From positions 575,864-631,857 of the forward strand of contig NW_014577086.1 of assembly GCF_000485595.1 (NCBI RefSeq): 55,994 bases of DNA, given 5' to 3'. The notes under the pieces are model-generated. The model had not been told where the DNA came from. It did no database searches and was given only the letters and a program-made list of their open reading frames with translations. Position 1 is the stretch's first letter. Every line of letters begins with the position of its first letter. The position numbers were made by a program, and so were the translations under genes. The stretch is from Priapulus caudatus. Lineage: Eukaryota. Positions 51,425 to 55,994 of this stretch are shown one piece after another.

Positions 51425-51874
51425 GGACATGTTATATCGGCCCTGTGTGCCAAATTCCATGACAATCGGGTAAAAACAGCACAAGTTACAAGTTCTACAA
51501 TATTTCCACAAAAATGTTGTTACCATGGCAACGATGACTCCGCCCACACCCAAAACGATTGGCGTCTTCGCTTTACCACAACGCACCTTTATGCCAAATT
51601 TGAAGATGATCCGAGATCGGGTAAAAACTGCAAAAGCTAAAGGAAAATGAAATTATTAAATGAAATTATGGCACCTTTCATGCAAATGCATATTTAGATG
51701 CAAAAGCATTGCAATATGGATAAGTAGTTCCAACAATATTTTGTGTGTGTGCGTGTGCATGCGCGTGTGCGTGTGCCTTTATGTGTGTGAGTGGGTAGGT
51801 CAAACCCACTTGGACGACGGGTAATATCGTATATATATATACAAATATATGCCTCCATTACACTGACAAGCAGG

Positions 51875-51924
<50 letters not shown>

Positions 51925-52516
51925 TACATACTGACTGAGGGATGACATTTCCCCGCGCATGTGCGGAAGGTGTGCACAGTACCAAAACCAGGTCACTGCG
52001 ACCTTCATTTCACCTTTACCTTGACCTTGATCATATTTCCCTTCCGCTCTGTAACTCGGCCCCTAATTCACCTAGCGCTACCAAACCTGGTATACTTACA
52101 CATCTTGGGGAGAAGGTGTGCAGAGTACCAAAACCAGGTCACTGCGACCTTTATTTCACCTTTACCTTGACCTTGATCATATTTCCCTTCCGCTCTCTAA
52201 CTCAGCCCCTAATTGACCTAGCGCGACCAAACTTGGTATGCTTACACATCTTGGGGAGAAGGTCTGTCACATACCAAAACCACCACTGTTCTTGACCTTA
52301 GTTTGACCTTGACCATCGACTTACATTTCCTCTTCGGCCTCCTAGGGTAACCAAATTCCATATACTTGCACATCTGAGGCAGACCAGTTGTCTAACAAAC
52401 CTTTGTCTTTGTGACTTATTTAACTTTACCTGCCTTCTACGTCCTACAGAGATATTCCATTCATACTAGATCACAGGGGATACATGTAGTTGGCGACAAC
52501 TGCTCGTTTCTAGTTT
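51263..52516 (+). mobile_element. Mosaic HINE-like element with about 110-bp tandem repeats
   Basis: 5' hairpin GTATCCCCC...GGGGATAC, 3' subTIR GGGGATACA, short palindrome GTAGTTG..CAACTGC, CTAGTTT end. Confidence 0.75.
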
Positions 52517-52733
52517 ACTTCTGATTTTACATATAACAAAACAATACTTGGCTTGGCTGTTCGGGCAACATAGTTTTATGGTCTGAAAAACTTCAATGTT
52601 GCTCAAGACCAGAGTTCGAAGGAAATATTGATGTTCCTCCCCAACCTTACATTATTTCTACTATCTATTATGTTTACAAAACAATGTTAATAAAATGTTT
52701 TAACATGTTTTTCCATTGTTATAACTTGTACAG

Positions 52734-52895
52734 CTGAGGCAGTAGATATCATGAGAGGAACCTGGTTTTTGGATGGAACCTGGCAGCCGCTCGATGCCAC
52801 CTATGCTGACCTGGTGGAAGCAGAGCATATGAGGAGGTTCTACCAACAGACTGTGCAAGCAGACAGGACAACGCATTGCAAAGGAAAGAAACCTG
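52734..52895 (+). CDS. DDHD1: DDHD1-like exon 3
   Basis: IMRGTWFLDGTWQPLDATYADLVEAEH; phase 1-1. Confidence 0.92.
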
Positions 52896-53568
52896 GTGAG
52901 GAATTAAAAAAGCAGCATTAACTCAAAGTAAGTTTTTAGAAGCAACAAATTTTTAAAGAACAATATTACACATTAAAATGTTTGCAACGTAGGTACCTAT
53001 GCATTGTATTTGCTATATATTTTATGCAACAAATAAAATATTAAATGTGAAGATTAAGGGTATAGCCATGGTTATACTGACAAGCTGCACACACAAACTT
53101 GTAAATTTTAATAATGAAAGTTAATTTATTAGTTATAAATTAAATATTAGTTAAACAGATTGTAATATTTAAATTCTGAATTATTACATTTAAATTTTTA
53201 CATAATAAAGATATCACCATGCTCGATGTTTGCCACAATTAAACAACTAATGTAACATAATTGTGTCATCACTGAAAGAAGCAGACGGAGCAATAGTGCT
53301 GCAGCAATATATATTGGTAATGTTTGAGCATTGTTTATAATTATTTCTCATTAATTACCATTGAGCAGTAAAAATTGGCATATAGCATGAATAAAGCATG
53401 ATTCAACTGAAAATAATTGAGAAAGCTGCAGTGCTGTTGTGCCTCAAGGTCTTTCCTATGCCATACATCATGTATTTCAATATTTTCTGTGCTCATGGAT
53501 TTATTTTTGTGGTGAATTCTCTATCGTGCTGGGTTTCTGATAGAGGTAGTCACCATGTCTCGTTTCAG

Positions 53569-53697
53569 TGATACATCACCTTCAGCTTACGGAGTTTCAC
53601 ATAGACTGGAATAGTCCATTTGAGGTGTTCATGTTCAGCGATAACAGGTCATCAAAACTAATGCGATCAGTCACAAGCTCACTGGGATTTTCCAAAT
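53569..53697 (+). CDS. DDHD1: DDHD1-like exon 4
   Basis: HIDWNSPFEVFMFSDNRSSKLMRSVTSSLGFSK. Confidence 0.92.
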
Positions 53698-53766
53698 GTA
53701 GGTTTTCAAGCTACCTGTGAGAAACCAGGCCAAACATGTCCGTTTAAAAAAACTAAAGTAACTGAC

Positions 53767-53855
53767 GCTGAGAGGGTCTATGTCCCCCAGGGTACTGCCG
53801 GAACGTACCCTGGGTACGTTCCGGCAGTACCCTGGGGGACATAGACCCTATGAGC
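53767..53855. mobile_element. 89-bp TIR-only derivative of the Mutator-like MITE
   Basis: Near-perfect hairpin with a 1-nt loop; perfect 9-bp TSD GTAACTGAC. Confidence 0.85.
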
Positions 53856-54004
53856 GTAACTGACAGTGAAGGTGCGGCTTTTGCATAGCAGAATGTGTCA
53901 AAATCTGTGCACAACACTTTACCGGTAAAAACGTTCTGATCATTTATACTTGAGGAGGGCAGCATGCCCTCAGGGATTGGAAATTTACAGCGTGTCTTCT
54001 GCAG

Positions 54005-54143
54005 ATGGTGTTCGTTTGCATCGAGGATTTTGTGAGGAGGCTCGACCCGATGACAAGCTACCTGAGATCACACACCTCATGTTCGTTGTACATGGGATCG
54101 GCCAGAAAATGGACACAAATCGCATCATCAAGAGTTGTAAAAC
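54005..54143 (+). CDS. DDHD1: DDHD1-like exon 5
   Basis: GVRLHRGFCEEA...ITHLMFVVHGIGQKMD, a hallmark motif of the family. Confidence 0.93.
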
Positions 54144-54448
54144 GTGATTAAATATATGAATGACTAACACCTCATCACCAGATCGGTACATCATGTCACT
54201 TAATTAAGGTGGTGATTAAAAACCAGGTGCTTCTTCATAGCTTCCTTTTCTGTATTATTCCTCACTTAGAAGGTAAACGGAAGCTTCCTGGACTGATAAG
54301 CTTGTAAGCTTATCATGCATTTAATCTAGTGAATCTGAGCATTATCACAGTTGTACTTTTTCGATGTATATTTTTTAACTTTACTGCTAAAGTCAGTGTG
54401 CCATAAAAATGTGATTCAGTGATACCATGATCGGCTTGTGTTCTGCAG

Positions 54449-54564
54449 GTTTCGACAATCGATCAACAAGCAGATGAATGAGAACTTTGGTCACATACTG
54501 CGCAACCACCAGAGAGCGGAGTGTCTCCCTGTTGAGTGGCGGTCGTCCCTTAAGCTGGATGATG
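54449..54564 (+). CDS. DDHD1: DDHD1-like exon 6 (gene continues beyond the window)
   Basis: RAECLPVEWRSSLKLDD; AG/GT boundaries. Confidence 0.92.
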
Positions 54565-54573
54565 GTAATTTGT

Positions 54574-54792
54574 TCATTACCTCCGCGCAACGGAGTTGCA
54601 GGGAGGTAATGTAATCGCTCTCGTGTGTGTGTTCGTGTGTGTGTTCGTGTGTGTGTGTACCGTTGGCGCGATCGATTCAGCACCAGCTCGCCTTAGGGCG
54701 TCCAGTCAGCAGCAGCCAGCAGCGAGCCAGCTGTTATACACATGTACGCTCTCGGAGGTATGCACTCTCTTTGAGTGCCCTCTGTCTAGTTT
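54574..54792 (+). mobile_element. Short complete HINE-like element
   Basis: CATTACCTCC...GGAGGTAATG hairpin, (GT)n, 3' CGGAGGTATG subTIR, GCACTC..GAGTGC palindrome, CTAGTTT end. Confidence 0.72.
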
Positions 54793-55059
54793 AGAATGCT
54801 TGTAGAAAAATGCATATAAATTTTCAAATGAATACCCATCATGTTCTTTTGTGTGACCAATTTGTGACATGCACCATGCTCAGGAACAAACGTGAACAAA
54901 GCAGTGGTGTTTAGGAATGAATGCCTTAATGTAACTCAAGGGTAAATAACAATATAATAATATAAAATGGCATTATACCTTTATTGGCACGGTATTCCTC
55001 ATAGAACTAATATTGCAATGGATGTATAATGCTACAGAGTAATATCATTATCGATGTAA

Positions 55060-55850
55060 CCGGGTTAATTGTTACTCAGCCGTGAAGATTGGAAACGTAC
55101 AGCTTACCTTTCGCCTCCATCCAGGAGGCTTTCTCAAAGCTAACTGATGATTATCAGTTTTGACCAGCAGATGGTGTAGTGGTCAATATCTTAGTCCACA
55201 CGTGACTGAGCCTGTATCCCCGCTCGTCACGGTTGATGTTTGGGGTTTTGCAGATCCAGATGGTCTCCTTAATCCATCGCCTGATCTTGATTGGTTCGCG
55301 ATCGATGATCTTCGAATTATCCCAATTGATAGTGTGATTGTCCTTCGCTACCTGGTCCATGATCGCGGATTTGGTTATTTCGGTAGCCGACTGCTTTCGT
55401 TGGGCCCTTGTGAGCGATTTGGGTGCTACGGTGTCTATGTCCTTTTTATGTTCTTTAAAGCATGTTTCAAATTTTCGGCCGGTTTCTCCAAGTAACTTTT
55501 TTCACACATTGCACACGGTTGTGCATAGCTGTTCTGTCCTTAGGGTGCACCAAAAGCCTTTTTAAGGTCTTAAACGGTTGATGCCACACCAAACGGGTGA
55601 GGCAACTGTTGATGCCACACCTGCATATTTTAGGTGACGTTGAACTACGTCCGTGACGCCTCTGACATAAGGTAGGACAATCATCGCCTTTGGTTTCTCA
55701 GTGGAGGTTTTCTCATGGGATGTTGTTTGTACCCGTGAAGTGTTCATCTCCTTGGACACTTTTCGAGTGTCCAATTGGGGTAGCCACATTTTCCTAGCGC
55801 GCGCTTCAGCTTCCTGGTCCTCACTCTCTGTTATGATCTTATCTTATCCC
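55060..55850 (-). mobile_element. Degenerate Penelope-like retroelement 3' fragment (linker, GIY-YIG endonuclease, 3' UTR)
   Basis: IVLPYVRGVTD and NHTINWDNSKIIDRE..RWIKETIWI..NINRDERGYRLSHVW motifs; frameshifts present. Confidence 0.85.
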
Positions 55851-55994
55851 TACGATCAAATAGCGTCCGTACCACTGACAGTTTGGCTCAAGGGGTCGTT
55901 GTCGTAACAGGTACTACAGATATGTACCTGAGGTACATATATGTATGCACAAAGTGTACCAGACTTGTACTACAGAAGTGTACCCTAACCCTAA

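Noticed and set aside
55983..55994. CCCTAACCCTAA at the window end as a telomere
   Set aside because: Only two units, inside a DDHD1 intron; the same motif occurs within MITEs (about 48790-48827)

Overview
Draft-assembly animal genomic DNA with N gaps; the repeat types suggest a lophotrochozoan invertebrate (inference). It holds two head-to-head protein-coding genes. On the minus strand is a complete Son of sevenless (SOS) Ras-GEF gene, which I reconstructed by hand as 24 GT-AG exons (ATG 41310, stop 11948, 4077 nt, about 1358 aa; histone fold, DH, PH, REM, CDC25, Pro-rich tail). On the plus strand are the first six exons of a DDHD1/PA-PLA1-like phospholipase (43818 to at least 54564). Introns and flanks are packed with non-autonomous DNA transposons whose TIRs and target-site duplications can be read directly: hAT-like (5, 6 and 8 bp TSD), Kolobok-like (TTAA), P-like foldbacks (8 bp), Mutator-like (9 bp), AcademH-like (9 bp) and Helentron-associated HINEs. 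There is also a Penelope GIY-YIG fragment with a hammerhead-like motif. Most notable: two copies of SOS exon 2, one giving an empty-site allele; a TIR element carrying a foreign 63-nt exon; 38-45 bp palindromic footprints with 7-bp TSDs; a minisatellite of splice donors; a CpG-decayed exon duplicate; and a 2.3-kb noisy inverted repeat that may be an artefact. I cannot claim a wholly new biological system. Coordinates were counted by hand.
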